Origin: Macrostomum lignano
Lineage: Eukaryota
Reading direction: 5' to 3'
Length of the DNA stretch: 64,000 bases
NCBI GenBank assembly: GCA_002269645.1
Contig: NIVC01000522.1
Coordinates: forward strand, 1 to 64,000
A model generated the notes under the pieces. That model did not search any database. It saw only the letters and a list, made by a program, of their open reading frames with translations, and had not been told where the DNA came from. Below are positions 50,336 through 62,653 of the stretch, one piece after another. Position numbers and translations under genes: made by a program. Every line of letters begins with the position of its first letter. Within the stretch, counting starts at the first letter, position 1.

Positions 50336-50567
50336 ACCAAGACCCCACTATCTACAGCCCTATCGATCACGTGATATCTTAAAATCAAAATCTCCGCTTG
50401 GTTAGTTATGAGCTACTTGCTTAATTACTTAGCTGATTGCACCGTCCAGTTTTAGCGGTCTATGCTCTAATCTCTTAGAGCTGTACTGGAATCAAATATG
50501 CCTAGCGTTAGCATTGAAATCATGACATTACATTACGAATGCATCACGTGACTCGATCGCTCCGCAG

Positions 50568-50722
50568 GAAGTGGAAACCGAGCAGTATTATTCGTTTTTT
50601 CTACCTCACCTGACGCGGCGTGGATATGACGGTATTTTTTCGCCGAAATCTCGGGCCAAGACCATGGACGACCGGCTGAGAAAGCGAGTGGACGGCTGTG
50701 CGATCTTTTGGAAACGAAGCGA
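50568..50722 (+). CDS. CCR4/CNOT6-like deadenylase, coding exon 3
   Basis: CCGCAG|EVETEQYYSFFLPHLTRRGYDGIFSPKSRAKTMDDRLRKRVDGCAIFW...|GTAAGG. Confidence 0.95.
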
Positions 50723-50997
50723 GTAAGGGAGTTTAAACATGCATTCTGTCTCTCCCAAAAACGGGAGATATAGAAAAAATAGAAAAAAATTCTGGCAACT
50801 CCGACAGGAACTTACAGTATATGCTATAGTGACTCATTTCTGCGTTCAAGTCAAGAGGGTCAACCAGGGGAATGAGTCAGCTTTACCCTTTCCATATGAC
50901 TCTTCAAGTTTCAAAAAAGTCGTTAGTAGCTACTGCTTCTTGATTTCAACATTTGACCTAGCTAATGGCGCTTTAGTCTGTATTTTGGTGGATCTCG

Positions 50998-51535
50998 GTG
51001 GGTCAGAGTGGACAGGAGTGGGTCAGAGTAGACAGGAGTGGGTCAGAGTAGACAGAAGTGGGTCAGAGTACACATGAGTGGGTCAGAGTACACAGGAGTG
51101 GGTCAGAGTAGACAGGAGTGGGTCAGAGTAGACAGGAGTGGGTCAGAGTAGACAGGAGTGGGTCAAGAGTAGACAGGAGTGGGTCAGAGTAGACAAAAGT
51201 GGGTCAGAGTAGACAGGAGTGGGTCAGAGTACACATGAGTGGGTCAGAGTACACATGAGTGGGTCAGAGTACACAGGAGTGGGTCAGAGTAGACAAAAGT
51301 GGGTCAGAAAAGACAAAAGTGGGTCAGAGTAGACAAGAGTGGGTCAGAGTACACATGAGTGGGTCAGAGTACACATGAGTGGGTCAGAGTACACAGGAGT
51401 GGGTCAGAGTAGACAGGAGTGGGTCAGAGTAGACAGGAGTGGGTCAGAGTAGACAGGAGTGGGTCAGAGTAGACAGGAGTGGGTCAGAGTAGACAGGAGT
51501 GGGTCAGAGTAGACAGGAGTGGGTCAGAGTACACA
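50998..51535. repeat. 20-bp satellite 'SatA', copy 1
   Basis: gggtcagagtagacaggagt units. Confidence 0.95.
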
Positions 51536-51634
51536 AGAGTACTCTGAGGCTCAGAGTGGACCCATCAGCTCAAACCCAGCCGTGGAGAGCTCAGCAGACT
51601 CCCTAAAGTTCCTCATCTGCGCTTCCTCTGGCAG

Positions 51635-52038
51635 ATTTCGCCTAGTAGAAGAGCACGTGATTGAGTTCAGTCAGCACTACCTTGAGCACTGCTGGACCCA
51701 GCAGCAGCAGCCAAGTCAAGAGGAATCGCAGCCGCCATCTCCCGGCCCCCAGCTCCGAGGCAAAGCGTCTAGCGAGATCTTCAACCGGGTCACAGTCCGG
51801 GACAACATCGCCCTGTCGGTGGTGCTGGCGCCGGTGGCCAAAGGTCAGGCAAACTCTTGCCTGATGGTGTGCACCTCGCACATGCACTGGGACCCGCAGC
51901 ACTCGGACGTGAAGCTCATTCAAACTGTGGTGCTCACCAGCGCTTTGGCGGCTAAGATCAAACAGTTCAGGGCCAACACTGGGGCCGCCTCGCTGCCGCT
52001 GGTTCTGTGCGGCGATTTCAACTCGTTGCCCGACTCTG
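51635..52038 (+). CDS. CCR4/CNOT6-like deadenylase, coding exon 4 (copy 1)
   Basis: GGCAG|...NRVTVRDNIALSVVL...SHMHWDPQHSDVKLIQT...LVLCGDFNSLPDSG|GTGAGC. Confidence 0.95.
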
Positions 52039-52329
52039 GTGAGCGTCTGTTAGCGACTGTGATTATCTTGCCTTGTTAATTTTCATAACATCTAGGGGTC
52101 AGAATCGAATTATGCGCTTAGGCTACTCTTTTCAGTAGTACAATTGGCGTTTTTTGTCGAATAAAAAAGTAATGAAAAATTTACAAGATGTTAGTTTTAC
52201 AAGCTTCAACAATTTCAAGCCCCTGCTTGAAGCTGCACCCAAATCCAGTGCATTGTGCATAGCGAGCAAGAGAAGAAAAGGGATGGCGTCCCAGCCACAA
52301 GCCCAGGCCGATAACAGTTAGGCTTTCCT

Positions 52330-52545
52330 CTTGTCCGCTTGTGTCTGCTCTCTCATTGGCTGAGCCAGATTGTGCCTCCCCCCTAGGCTGAGTTTCGTCT
52401 GTTTGACTTTGCCCTCTCTACTTACTGCTTTCTCATTGGCTGAGCCAGATTGTGCCTGCCCCCTAGACTGAGTATCGTCCGACTGACTTTGACCTCTCTC
52501 CTTACTGCTCTCTCATTGGCTGAGCCAGAATGGGCCGGCCCTAGG
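52330..52545. repeat. 80-bp intronic repeat with CCAAT motif (3 units; 4 units in the duplicate at 58540-58830)
   Basis: ctcattggctgagccaga at 52352, 52432, 52512. Confidence 0.88.
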
Positions 52546-52845
52546 CAGAGTTTCGTATGTGCTTCATTAATTTATTTATATCGAGTTAATTGTGTTGTTA
52601 ATTTTTAACCCCAATTGCTCCTGAAGCCGCAAACCCTGAAGAAAGGAAATTTTAGCTGACAAATAAAAGTTAAGTGACACTGTGCGGACAAACTACTGAT
52701 AATGAGTAGACGTTGTACTTTTTCATTGCTTTAGTTGAAACTTGACATATCAATGGTTACTAGCGTTACATACGTTACAAAGTGTTCTTTCGATACATAT
52801 CGGCCAAGTTCTAAAAACTATTAAAACTGTCCAACCGAACCTCAG

Positions 52846-53074
52846 GTGTAATTGAGTTTCTCAACCGCGGTTCGGTCGAGCGCGACCACCCAGAGTTTCG
52901 CCGGCTCGGCCGGGACCCGTCCTTGGACGGCCTGAAGCTGCCGGACAATCCAGCCGGTTCTGAGGATCCGGCGGTTGCCACGACTGCGGCTGCTTCTAGT
53001 AGCAGCAATTTCTCGCATTCGCTGGATCTGGCCTCCTGCTACAGCGGGGTGGACATGACCTACACAAACTACAC
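52846..53074 (+). CDS. CCR4/CNOT6-like deadenylase, coding exon 5 (copy 1)
   Basis: CTCAG|(G)VIEFLNRGSVERDHPEF...HSLDLASCYSGVDMTYTNY(T)|GTGAGC. Confidence 0.93.
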
Positions 53075-53456
53075 GTGAGCGGTTTTGTTTGGTTAGTGGA
53101 CACCCCAATCAGGTTAGGTGGATAGTTTTAAGTGTACATAATACAGGTACGCTTTCCAGAATCCAGAGTGAACACCTCACTAACTCTCAGAATAAAGTAC
53201 ATATGCACCTGAGCGAGATAAATAGACACCCCTATTTTCCTAGAATAGAGCACAATTGTACTTAAGAGAAATAAACACCCCTCTTACCCTTATAATAAAG
53301 TACACACGCACTTAAGACAGGATGTTAAGGATAAACATGTCATTATTCAAAGGATAAACTACGCATACACTCGAGGTAAAATCACCCGTAACTTTGCGCA
53401 ACTCTCGAAAACTAAACTCACAACAAAAAACACCGATTGGTTACCCCACCAAACAG

Positions 53457-53640
53457 TCACGAATTCAAAGGAGTCATTGACTACATATTCGCATCAAAGC
53501 GTCATTTCCGGGTGCTAGACTGTCTGGAAGGCGTCACGGACTGGCTACGGTCTGGCAGCGTCATCGGCTGTCCGCACCCCTACATCCCGTCGGACCACAT
53601 ACCTCTGGCTGTGCGCTTGGAACTGCTCCCAGTGTCCTGA
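53457..53640 (+). CDS. CCR4/CNOT6-like deadenylase, terminal exon 6 (copy 1)
   Basis: AAACAG|HEFKGVIDYIF...GCPHPYIPSDHIPLAVRLEL...*. Confidence 0.95.
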
Positions 53641-54729
53641 CATTCTCCCATCATTATTTTCACTTCTCTTGACTGCACACTCGCTCTCGCTCAACTCCCC
53701 AAAACCAGAGGCACAAGAAGAGCTCAATCTGGTTAAAAACCATCGCTTGTGTACGATCTCCGTTTACGTTTGCTGAGGATTTTATAGGATAAGACCAAGA
53801 ATTTCATATTTGCTTTGCACCGAAAGCAATGACAAAAGCACCTGTGTCTCTCTGCCCAATGGTCTCGCTCTGGTAACTTGTTAATATTAATAAGCACAGC
53901 TGTCGCAACCGTGTCTCTGGATCCCTGCAACTACAGAAAATTAAATGTTATTAATAATCATCATATATAATAATCAGTAATATTTGTTCGATTAATAAAT
54001 TTTTCTGGCCTGATCAAAATGATTAAATTTAACAATATATTTGAACGCAGCCGATATGTTTTGTCCAAATCCAAATTGCCAATCTCAACAAATTTCAGTC
54101 TGAATGCGTCGAAAATAATTTTTCAATGTGTCAATAATCAGAGTTCCAACTTCAATGATATTATAATTGGTCAACGGATATTTTTAAAAAATCATTTAAT
54201 ATTAACAAACTGTTTACTCCGCCCCCTGAAAACTCTAGCTGTGCCGCTCACTGGTGCGTGTGTAAAGTACCTGCTGTACCTAATATAAATATTTGTAAAG
54301 CTCCCCTTTCTCGCACGCTTTTGTAACATGCAGCTGCCACTCGTCATAATTTCTTTATGCATACCTGTAACTCCATAACCATTTTGCTTTGTTAATTTTT
54401 GCTGGCAACAAGTTGCAATTATTACGTTGGTAAAACCTTGGAGGCTCGCAGTGCGTTTAGCGGAACAAGAGGTGACAGTCCAGCAAGTATTTATTTGTCG
54501 CAAAAAACACCCCTTTATGCTGCTTCAGTTTTCAACCAACTTTTCGGTTTATCTTCACCCGTGTAAGCCCCCGTTTTTGCTTTTAGTTTGCAAACAAAAA
54601 TACAAAACGAAGCACGAATACCACTTGTGTTTGCTTCTCTCGAAACTACTTACAAAGTAGTTATGTAAGAAAATTACATTCTTTTTCTGTGAGAAAGCAC
54701 AATTGTGATTACCCATTCCTTGCTAACTG

Positions 54730-55647
54730 TCCCCATTCCCCATTACTTCATGGGATTCCCGAATCCTACATGGGATTCCCGAATCCTACATGGTGTTCCC
54801 CATTCCTACATGGTGTTCCCCATTCCTACATGGGATTCCCGAATCCTACATGGTGTTCCCCATTCCTACATGGGCTTCCCCATTCCTACATGGGATTCCT
54901 CATTCCTACATGGGATTCCCCAATCCTACATTGGATGCCCTATTCCTACATGAGATTTTCCATTTCTATATGGGATACCCCATTCCTACATGGGATTCCC
55001 CAATCCTATATGGGATACCCCATTCCTACATGGGATTCCCCATTCCTACATGGGATTCCCCAATCCTATATGGGATACCCCATTCCTACATGGGATTCCC
55101 CAATCCTATATGGGATACTCCATTCCTACATGGGATTCCCAATTCCTACATGGGATTCCTAATCCTATATGGGATACCCCATTCCTACATGGGATACCCC
55201 ATTCCTACATGGGATTCCCCATTCCTACATGGGATTCCCCAATCCTATATGGGATACCCCATTCCTACATGGGGTTCCCCATTCCTACATGGGATTCCCC
55301 AATCCTACATGGGATTCCCCAATCCTATATGGGATACCCCATTCCTACATGGGGTTCCCCAATCCTATATGGGATACCCCATTCCTACATGGGATTCCCC
55401 AATCCTATATGGGATACCCCATTCCTACATGGGATTCCCAATTCCTACATGGGATTCCTAATCCTATATGGGATACCCCATTCCTACATGGGATACCCCA
55501 TTCCTACATGGGATTCCCCATTCCTACATGGGATTCCCCAATCCTATATGGGATACCCCATTCCTACATGGGGTTCCCCATTCCTATATGGGATACTCAT
55601 TCCTACATGGGATTCCCCAATCCTATATGGGATATCCCATTCCTACA
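54730..55647. repeat. 20-bp satellite 'SatB', copy 1
   Basis: tgggattccccattcctaca units. Confidence 0.95.
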
Positions 55648-57745
55648 GAGGGTCAGAGTAGACAGGAGCGGGTCAGAGTAGACAGGAGTGGGTCAGAGTA
55701 CACAGGAGTGGGTCAGAGTAGACAAAAGTGGGTCAGAGTAGACAAAAGTGGGTCAGAGTACACATGAGTGGGTCAGAGTAGACAAAAGTGGGTCAGAGTA
55801 GACAGGAGTGGGTCAGAGTAGACAGGAGTGGGTCAGAGTAGACAAAAGTGGGTCAGAGTACACAGGAGTGGGTCAGAGTAGACAAAAGTGGGTCAAAGTA
55901 GACAAAAGTGGGTCAGAGTAGACAAAAGTGGGTCAGAGTAGACAAAAGTGGGTCAGAGTAGACAGTAGTGGGTCAGAGTAGACAGGAGTGGGTCAGAGTA
56001 GACAAAAGTGGGTCAGAGTAGACAGGAGTGGGTCAGAGTAGACAAAAGTGGGTCAAAGTAGACAAAAGTGGGTCAGAGTAGACAGGAGTGGATCAGAGTA
56101 GACAAAAGTGGGTCAGAGTAGACAGGAGTGGGTCAGAGTAGACAGGAGTGGGTCAGAGTAGACAAAAGTGGGTCAGAGTAGACAGGAGTGGGTCAGAGTA
56201 GACAGGAGTGGGTCAGAGTAGACAAAAGTGGGTCAGAATAGACAAAAGTGGGTCAGAGTAGACAGGAGTGGGTCAGAGTAGACAGGAGTGGGTCAGAGTA
56301 GACAGGAGTGGGTCAGAGTAGACAGGAGTGGGTCAGAGTAGACAGGAGTGGGTCAGAGTAGACAGGAGTGGGTCAGAGTAGACAAAAGTGGGTCAGAGTA
56401 GACAGGAGTGGGTCAGAGTAGACAGGAGTGGGTCAGAGTAGACAAAAGTGGGTCAGAGTAGACAGGAGTGGGTCAGAGTAGACAGGAGTGGGTCAGAGTA
56501 GACGGGAGTGGGTCAGAGTAGACAAAAGTGGGTCAGAGTAGACAAAAGTGGGTCAGAGTAGACAAAAGTGGGTCAAAGTAGACAAAACTGGGTCAGAGTA
56601 GACAGGAGTGGGTCAGAGTACACAGGAGTGGGTCAGAGTAGACAAAAGTGGGTCAGAGTAGACAGGAGTGGGTCAGAGTAGACAGGAGTGGGTCAGAGTA
56701 GACAGGAGTGGGTCAGAGTAGACAGGAGTGGGTCAGAGTAGACGGGAGTGGGTCAGAGTAGACAGGAGTGGGTCAGAGTAGACAAAAGTGGGTCAGAGTA
56801 GACAGGAGTGGGTCAGAGTAGACAGGAGTGGGTCAGAGTAGACGGGAGTGGGTCAGAGTAGACAGGAGTGGGTCAGAGTAGACAGGAGTGGGTCAGAGTA
56901 CACAGGAGTGGGTCAGAGTAGACAGGAGTGGGTCAGAGTAGACAGGAGTGGGTCAGAGTAGACAAAAGTGGGTCAGAGTAGACAAAAGTGGGTCAGAGTA
57001 CACATGAGTGGGTCAGAGTAGACAAAAGTGGGTCAGAGTAGACAAAAGTGGGTCAGAGTACACATGAGTGGGTCAGAGTACACAGGAGTGGGTCAGAGTA
57101 GACAGGAGTGGGTCAGAGTACACAGGAGTGGATCAGAGTACACATGAGTGGGTCAGAGTACACAGGAGTAGGTCAGAGTGGACAGGAGTGGGTCAGAGTG
57201 GACAGGGGTGGGTCAGAGTAGACAGGAGTAGGTCAGAGTAGACAGGAGTGGGTCAGAGTATGCAGGAGTAGGTCAGAGTAGACAAAAGTGGGTCAGAGTA
57301 CACATGAGTGGGTCAGAGTACACAGGAGTGGGTCAGAGTACACATGAGTGGGTCAGAGTACACAGGAGTGGGTCAGAGTGGACAGGAGTGGGTCAGAGTG
57401 GACAGGAGTGGGTCAGAGTGGACAGGAGTGGGTCAGAGTGGACAGGAGTGGGTCAGAGTACACATGAGTGGGTCAGAGTACACAGGAGTGGGTCAGAGTA
57501 GACAAAAGTGGGTCAGAAAAGACAAAAGTGGGTCAGAGTAGACAAAAGTGGGTCAGAGTACACATGAGTGGGTCAGAGTACACATGAGTGGGTCAGAGTA
57601 CACAGGAGTGGGTCAGAGTAGACAGGAGTGGGTCAGAGTAGACAGGAGTGGGTCAGAGTAGACAGGAGTGGGTCAGAGTAGACAGGAGTGGGTCAGAGTA
57701 GACAGGAGTGGGTCAGAGTAGACAGGAGTGGGTCAGAGTACACAA
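55648..57745. repeat. SatA copy 2, expanded (~2.1 kb, ~105 units)
   Basis: Directly abuts SatB. Its 3' end shares the rare variant gggtcagaaaagacaaaagt (57511) with copy 1 (51301). Confidence 0.95.
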
Positions 57746-57843
57746 GAGTACTCTGAGGCTCAGAGTGGACCCATCAGCTCAAACCCAGCCGTGGAGAGCT
57801 CAGCAGACTCCCTAAAGTTCCTCATCTGCGCTTCCTCTGGCAG

Positions 57844-58247
57844 ATTTCGCCTAGTAGAAGAGCACGTGATTGAGTTCAGTCAGCACTACCTTGAGCTCTG
57901 CTGGACCCAGCAGCAGCAGCCAAGTCAAGAGGAATCGCAGCCGCCATCTCCCGGCCCCCAGCTCCGAGGCAAAGCGTCTAGCGAGATCTTCAACCGGGTC
58001 ACAGTCCGGGACAACATCGCCCTGTCGGTGGTGCTGGCGCCGGTGGCCAAAGGTCAGGCAAACTCTTGCCTGATGGTGTGCACCTCGCACATGCACTGGG
58101 ACCCGCAGCACTCGGACGTGAAGCTCATTCAAACTGTGGTGCTCACCAGCGCTTTGGCGGCTAAGATCAAACAGTTCAGGGCCAACACTGGGGCCGCCTC
58201 GCTGCCGCTGGTTCTGTGCGGCGATTTCAACTCGTTGCCCGACTCTG
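57844..58247 (+). CDS. Duplicated CCR4-like exon 4'
   Basis: Same splice sites and frame as 51635-52038; one H>L change (CAC>CTC). Whether it is expressed is unknown. Confidence 0.8.
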
Positions 58248-59134
58248 GTGAGCGTCTGTTAGCGACTGTGATTATCTTGCCTTGTTAATTTTCATAACAT
58301 CTAGGGGTCAGAATCGAATTATGCGCTTAGGCTACTCTTTTCAGTAGTACAATTGGCGTTTTTTGTCGAATAAAAAAGTAATGAAAAATTTACAAGATGT
58401 TAGTTTTACAAGCTTCAACAATTTCAAGCCCCTGCTTGAAGCTGCACCCAAATCCAGTGCATTGTGCATAGCGAGCAAGAGAAGAAAAGGGATGGCGTCC
58501 CAGCCACAAGCCCAGGCCGATAAACAGTTAGGCTTTCCTCTTGTCCGCTTGTGTCTGCTCTCTCATTGGCTGAGCCAGATTGTGCCTCCCCCCTAGGCTG
58601 AGTTTCGTCTGTTTGACTTTGCCCTCTCTACTTACTGCTTTCTCATTGGCTGAGCCAGATTGTGCCTGCCCCTAGACTGAGTATCGTCCGACTGACTTTG
58701 CCCTCTCTACTTACTGCTCTCTCATTGGCTGAGCCAGATTGTGCCTGCCCCCTAGACTGAGTATCGTCCGACTGACTTTGACCTCTCTCCTTACTGCTCT
58801 CTCATTGGCTGAGCCAGAATGGGCCGGCCCTAGGCAGAGTTTCGTATGTGCTTCATTAATTTGTTTATATCGAGTTAATTGTGTTGTTAATTTTTAACCC
58901 CAATTGCTCCTGAAGCCGCTAACCCTGAAGAAAGGAAATTTTAGCTGACAAATAAAAGTTAAGTGACACTGTGCGGACAAACTACTGATAATGAGTAGAC
59001 GTTGTACTTTTTCATTGCTTTAGTTGAAACTTGACATATCAATGGTTACTAGCGTTACATACGTTACAAAGTGTTCTTTCGATACATATCGGCCAAGTTC
59101 TAAAAACTATTAAAACTGTTCAACCGAACCTCAG

Positions 59135-59363
59135 GTGTAATTGAGTTTCTCAACCGCGGTTCGGTCGAGCGCGACCACCCAGAGTTTCGCCGGCTCGGCC
59201 GGGACCCGTCCTTGGACGGCCTGAAGCTGCCGGACAATCCGGCCAGTTCTGAGGATCCGGCGGCTGCCACGACTGCGGCTGCTTCTAGTAGCAGCAATTT
59301 CTCGCATTCGCTGGATCTGGCCTCCTGCTACAGCGGGGTGGACATGACCTACACTAACTACAC
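59135..59363 (+). CDS. Duplicated CCR4-like exon 5'
   Basis: Intact copy of 52846-53074 with G>S, V>A and two synonymous changes. Confidence 0.8.
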
Positions 59364-59735
59364 GTGAGCGGTTTTGTTTGGTTGGTGGACACCCCAATCA
59401 GGTTAGGTGGATAGTTTTAAGTGTACATACAGGTACGCCTTCCAGAGTGAACACCTCACTAACTCTCAGAATAAAGTACATATGCACTTGAGCGAGATAA
59501 ATAGACACCCCTATTTTCCTAGAATAGAGCACAATTGTACTTAAGAGAAATAAACACCCCTCTTACCCTTATAATAAAGTACACACGCACTTAACACAGG
59601 ATGTTAAGGATAAACATTCCATTATTCAAAAGATAAACTACGCATACACTCGAGGTAAAATCACCCGTAACTTTGCGCAACTCTCGAAAACTAAACTCAC
59701 AACAAAAAACACCGATTGGTTACCCCACCAAACAG

Positions 59736-59919
59736 TCACGAATTCAAAGGAGTCATTGACTACATATTTGCATCAAAGCGTCATTTCCGGGTGCTAGACT
59801 GTCTGGAAGGCGTCACGGACTGGCTACGGTCTGGCAGCGTCATCGGCTGTCCGCACCCCTACATCCCGTCGGACCACATACCTCTGGCTGTGCGCTTGGA
59901 ACTGCTCCCAGTGTCCTGA
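59736..59919 (+). CDS. Duplicated CCR4-like terminal exon 6'
   Basis: Intact copy of 53457-53640 with one synonymous change (TTC>TTT). Confidence 0.8.
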
Positions 59920-61014
59920 CATTCTCCCATCATTATTTTCACTTCTCTTCACTGCACACTCGCTCTCGCTCAACTCCCGAAAACCAGAGGCACAAGAAGA
60001 GCTCAATCTGGTTAAAAACCATCGCTTGTGTACGATCTCCGTTTACGTTTGCTGAGGATTTTATAGGATAAGACCAAGAATTTCATATTTGCTTTGCACC
60101 GAAAGCAATGACAAAAGCACCTGTGTCTCTCTGCCCGATGGTCTCGCTCTGGTAACTTGTTAATATTAATAAGCACAGCTGTCGCAACCGTGTCCCTGGA
60201 TCCCTGCAACTACAGAAAATTAAATGTTATTAATAATCATCATATATAATAATCAGTAATATTTGTTCGATTAATAAATTTTTCTGGCCTGATCAAAATG
60301 ATTAAATTAACAATATATTTGAACGCAGCCGATATGTTTTGTCCAAATCCAAATTGCCAATCTCAACAAATTTCAGTTTGAATGCGTCAAAAATAATTTT
60401 TCAATGTGTCAATAATCAGAGTTCCAACTTCAATGATATTATAATTGGTCAACGGATATTTTTAAAAATCATTTAATATTAACAAACTGTTAACTCCGCC
60501 CCCTGAAAACTCTAGCTGTGCCGCTCACTGGTGCGTGTGTAAAGTACCTGCTGTACCTAATATAAATATTTGTAAAGTTCCCCTTTCTCGCACGCTTTTG
60601 TAACATGCAGCTGCCACTCGTCATAATTTCTTTATGCATACCTGTAACTCCATAACCATTTTGCTTTGTTAATTTTTGCTGGAAACAAGTTGCAATTATT
60701 ACGTTGGTAAAACCTTGGAGGCTCGCAGTGCGTTTAGCGGAACAAGAGGTGACAGTCCAGCAAGTATTTATTTGTCGCAAAAAAATACCCCTTTATGCTG
60801 CTTCAGTTTTCAACCAACTTTTCGGTTTCTCTTCACCCGTGTAAGCCCCCGTTTTTGCTTTTAGTTTGCAAACAAAAATACAAAACGAAGCACGAATATC
60901 ACTTGTGTTTGCTTCTCTCGAAACTACTTACAAAGTAGTTATGTAAGAAAATTACATTCTTTTTCTGTCAGGAAGCACAATTGTGATTACCCATTCCTTG
61001 CTACACTGTCCCCA

Positions 61015-61826
61015 TTCCCCATTACTTCATGGGATTCCCGAATCCTACATGGGATTCCCGAATCCTACATGGTGTTCCCCATTCCTACATGGGATTCCCC
61101 AATTCTATATGGGATGCCCCATTCCTACATGGGATTCCCGAATCCTACATGGTGTTCCCCATTCCTACATGGTGTTCCCCATTCCTACATGGGATTCCCC
61201 AATCCAACATCGGATGCCCCATTCCTACATGAGATTTTCCATTCCTATATGGGATACCCCATTCCTACATGGGATTCCCCAATCCTATGTGGGATACCCC
61301 ATTCTTACATGGAATTCCCCAATCCTATATGGGATTCCCCAATCCTATATGTGATACCCCATTCCTACATGGGATTCCCCTTCCTACATGGGATTCCCCA
61401 ATCCTATATGGGATACCCCATTCCTACATGGAATTCCCCAATCTTATATGGGATACCCCATTCCTACATGGGATTCCCAATTCCTACATGGGATTCCCCA
61501 ATCCTATATGGGATACCCCATTCCTACATGGGATTCCCCTTCCTACATGGGATTCCCCAATCCTATATGGGATACCCCATTCCTACATGGAATTCCACAA
61601 TCTTATATGGGATACCCCATTCCTACATGGGATTCCTAATTCCTACATGGGATTCCCCAATCCTATATGGGATACCCCATTCCTACATGGAATTCCCCAA
61701 TCTTATATGGGATACCCCATTACTACATGGGATTCCCAATTCCTAAATGGGATTCCCCAATCCTATATGGGATACCCCATTCCTACATGGGATTCCCCAA
61801 TCCTATATGGAATACCCCATTCCTAC
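61015..61826. repeat. SatB copy 2
   Basis: tgggattccccattcctaca units closing the duplicated block. Confidence 0.95.
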
Positions 61827-62334
61827 GCAAAGGAAATCACGAACAAGACAGAAATTACAGCACATTTTAAGCGTTAGTCTTTGAATAATTGTAGAAAACG
61901 AAACGAAAATGTGAGCATATATTCGCAAGTCACTACTTGTCATAAGAAGAAATGCTTTGCAGCCAGTGCATATTAATAATAATGTAAAAGAGACACAAAA
62001 TTCGGAAAATTAGTCCAATAATCCTAGGTTGTAAAAGCTAACAGAGGACTGACTTAAGCACCAGACTGGCTCAATGAATAGCACTAAATTTATACTTTAG
62101 TAGAAGAGAAAAACTTGAATTTAAGCTGCAGAGTCGAACTTAAAAGCGGTATAAAAATGCTTTGTAGCTGTTCACCGATACATTTATTAAGTACCTTTAA
62201 AAAGTAATATTATTTTGATGATCGCCCGGTCAAAGGTCAAACAAGGTCACCCGCAGAACTTTCTCTAACTGATATTCTCGAATTATCTACTTATCATCAT
62301 TAGTTATATATCGAAAAGGTAAGATTATTGAAGC

Positions 62335-62560
62335 TACTGAGGACCTGGGAGGCTGGCCCAGCAACTGAGGATCTGGGAGGCTGGCACAGCAACTGACACT
62401 CTGGGAGGCTGGCCCAGCAACTGAGGATCTGGGAGGCTGGCCCAGCAACTGAGGATTTGGGAGGCTGGCCCAGCAACTGAGGATTTGGGAGGCTGGCCCA
62501 GCAACTGAGGATCTGGGAGGCTGGCCCAGCAACTGAGGATCTGGGAGGCTGGCCCAGCAA
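62335..62560. repeat. 28-bp minisatellite just downstream of the separase stop
   Basis: ctgggaggctggcccagcaactgaggat, about 8 copies. Confidence 0.92.
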
Positions 62561-62653
62561 CAAAGGATTTCTGCTTCTGAAAATTGAATAAATATCTCCG
62601 CAACAGGTAACGTGCAACCCCAACAGATAATAACGCCTCACACAGGTAATTAG

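Noticed and set aside
51519-51634. N-terminal extension MGQSTQEYSEAQ... of ORFs 51519-52079 and 57728-58288
   Set aside because: Starts inside SatA at a non-ATG codon; the true exon begins at the AG acceptor (51635 / 57844).
54689-55681. Pro/Gly/Tyr-rich ORFs (GIPHSYMGFPIPTWDSP), also at 60983-61877
   Set aside because: Open frames of SatB downstream of the CCR4-like stop codon; no start or splice context.
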